This document shows, in pieces, positions 62,426-64,000 of a stretch of DNA of 64,000 bases. The notes beneath the pieces are model-generated. The model did not search any database. It was not told where the DNA came from and worked only from the letters and a program-made list of their open reading frames with translations. The translations under genes and the position numbers were made by a program. How positions within the stretch are numbered: position 1 is the stretch's first letter; the number at the start of each line of letters is the position of its first letter. The DNA is from Candidatus Dadabacteria bacterium (GTDB lineage: Bacteria > Desulfobacterota_D > UBA1144 > Nemesobacterales > CSP1-2). The DNA lies in the NCBI GenBank assembly GCA_963805855.1, contig CAWDVW010000002.1, positions 64,001 through 128,000 on the forward strand. Direction: 5' to 3'.

Positions 62426-63406
62426 TTAACCAAAAAAGGCATCTCGCAATGAATTACAAGCTTCATCCATTGCATCTCTAGCCCTATCTACTAGTCCCAG
62501 CAAGAGAAAAAAGTCGTGGATCATTCCATTATACCTTGAGCACTGGACTGGAACTCCATGACTCTGAAGTCTTTGAGCATACTTCTCAGCTTCGTCCCTC
62601 AAAAGGTCAAATTCAGCAGTTATTATCAGCGAAGGTGGCAGGCCACTAAGGTCACGGGCGAGCAACGGTGAAACCCTAGGGTCATACACATCGTCCGGCT
62701 TTTCAACATACAATTCCTTGAACCATTCCATCTGACTTAAGGTTAGAAAGTAACCGTCGGCATATCTTTTACAAGAATCTCTATCAAATGAAGAGAGATC
62801 GGTAACAGGACAAACAAGCAATTGAAACGCTATCCTCGGCTTGCCAATATCTCTCGCGGTAAGGGATACAGCGGTCGCTAAATTTGCGCCGGCACTATCA
62901 CCCCCAACAGCAATTCTCAAAGGGTCTACTTTTATTGATTCAGAATTCTCTGAAACCCACTTCGTGGCTTCATAACAATCTACAACTGCAGCAGGGAACT
63001 TGTTTTCGGGGGCCAAACGATAATCGACTGAAACCACAACGCACTCGGCACCACGGCATAGGGATCTACACACGTGGTCATGGGTGTCAAGGTTGTCGAA
63101 GACCCAGCCACCACCGTGGAAATATAGGACTGCTGGAAACTGCTTATTTCCAGAAGGAGAATACGTCCTGAGTCGAATTTCACACACGGGGCCTGGAATC
63201 TTAAAATTTTCAATACACGATACCTCTTCCCTTGGGAAATTCATGCTTTTAAAACCCTCTATAGCTGATTCTCTGGCTTCTGATGGAGTCATAGATTCTA
63301 AGGGCGGCAGATTCATCTGTGTGAGGAGGTTCAAAAAGTCTTCCACTTGCGCGTCAAGAACACCCCCTTGCTCATACTTATCTAACTTTTTCACTTCAAA
63401 GGGCAT
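62426..63406 (-). CDS. HSL-family alpha/beta hydrolase (esterase)
   Basis: HGGGW, YRLAPE, GDSAG, D.LRDE, HDF. Confidence 0.93.
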   Translation of the reverse strand: MPFEVKKLDKYEQGGVLDAQVEDFLNLLTQMNLPPLESMTPSEARESAIEGFKSMNFPREEVSCIENFKIPGPVCEIRLRTYSPSGNKQFPAVLYFHGGGWVFDNLDTHDHVCRSLCRGAECVVVSVDYRLAPENKFPAAVVDCYEATKWVSENSESIKVDPLRIAVGGDSAGANLATAVSLTARDIGKPRIAFQLLVCPVTDLSSFDRDSCKRYADGYFLTLSQMEWFKELYVEKPDDVYDPRVSPLLARDLSGLPPSLIITAEFDLLRDEAEKYAQRLQSHGVPVQCSRYNGMIHDFFLLLGLVDRARDAMDEACNSLRDAFFG

Positions 63407-63484
63407 AAATATAAACCAACTTTTATTTTTTTATTAATCGAAGCCGTTGTCATATGAGGCAATAAGAAATAACTAAGAAAGTTC

Positions 63485-63685
63485 TTAGTTTTCAGGGTTC
63501 ATAGGAATAATAATCCAGCCTACAATATAAGCTATTACAAAAGGTAAAACTCCCGTTACTAATCCGATGAACACAAGTCCGAGCCTTATAAGCGTCGGAT
63601 CAATTTCGAACATTTCACCCAGGCCGCCACATATGCCGGCGATCATTTTATCCCTTTCTGACCGATAGATTCTCCTCATCGCCAT
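63485..63685 (-). CDS. pspC: PspC domain protein
   Basis: YRS..DKMIAGICGGLG..F.IDPTLIR...YIVGWIIIP. Confidence 0.92.
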   Translation of the reverse strand: MAMRRIYRSERDKMIAGICGGLGEMFEIDPTLIRLGLVFIGLVTGVLPFVIAYIVGWIIIPMNPEN

Positions 63686-63855
63686 AATGTGCTCTATTAA
63701 TGCCGTTGAGATTAAAGAGTTTGTAACTTTAAACTATTTGCATAAAATTATACGATTTTTGCCGGAAAATTCAAAAGGCCGGTGGTATTGTAAATCAACC
63801 ATTCTTGACAGCTGGGAGAGTAACATTTATTTGAGGAGCATTTCGAACACACTAT

Positions 63856-64000
63856 ATGAATGAAACTTTATGGAAATTAACTGTTGGTAATAATCCCCTC
63901 GTGGCAGCTGCTATTCACAACGGTCATGACACAAGAGAAGAGATTAGGGAACTGCTTGCACTGGATGAGTCTTCAAGACTTCGCGAAGAAGATCCCTTCA
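63856..64000 (+). CDS. N-formylglutamate amidohydrolase family, partial (runs off the window)
   Basis: Translates MNETLWKLTVGNNPLVAAAIHNGHDTREEIRELLALDESSRLREEDPF. Confidence 0.75.
   Translation, partial: MNETLWKLTVGNNPLVAAAIHNGHDTREEIRELLALDESSRLREEDPF

Overview
Bacterial chromosomal window of moderate-to-low GC. Gene content suggests a deltaproteobacteria-like diderm; this is inference only. Bases 1-15 kb form a dense c-di-GMP/two-component island: GAF-PAS-GGDEF-EAL, hybrid kinase, PDZ-multiTM-GAF kinase, an unusual PilZ/alpha-oxoamine-synthase fusion, a beta-barrel protein, REC-HD-GYP and CZB-GGDEF. There are two complete IS110-family elements whose ends and empty targets can be rebuilt by eye. 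One sits in the loop of a tRNA terminator. The other sits in a REP-like palindrome, has readable bridge-RNA guides, and its predicted circle junction is both promoter-like and dif-like. The rest is mainly housekeeping: six tRNAs, tig-clpP-clpX-lon, M16 protease, psd (frameshifted)-pssA, ilvBNC, tsaB, pilT-like, recA, cinA, pgpA, ogt, cysS, tsaE, lysC, cimA, rmuC and assorted enzymes. Other oddities are an abrupt switch to purine-ending codons over two thirds of lon, an orphan ~120-nt structured RNA candidate, a GNAT/PLP-enzyme fusion and several interspersed repeat families. No CRISPR array or rRNA was seen. All calls are by eye, with no database searches.
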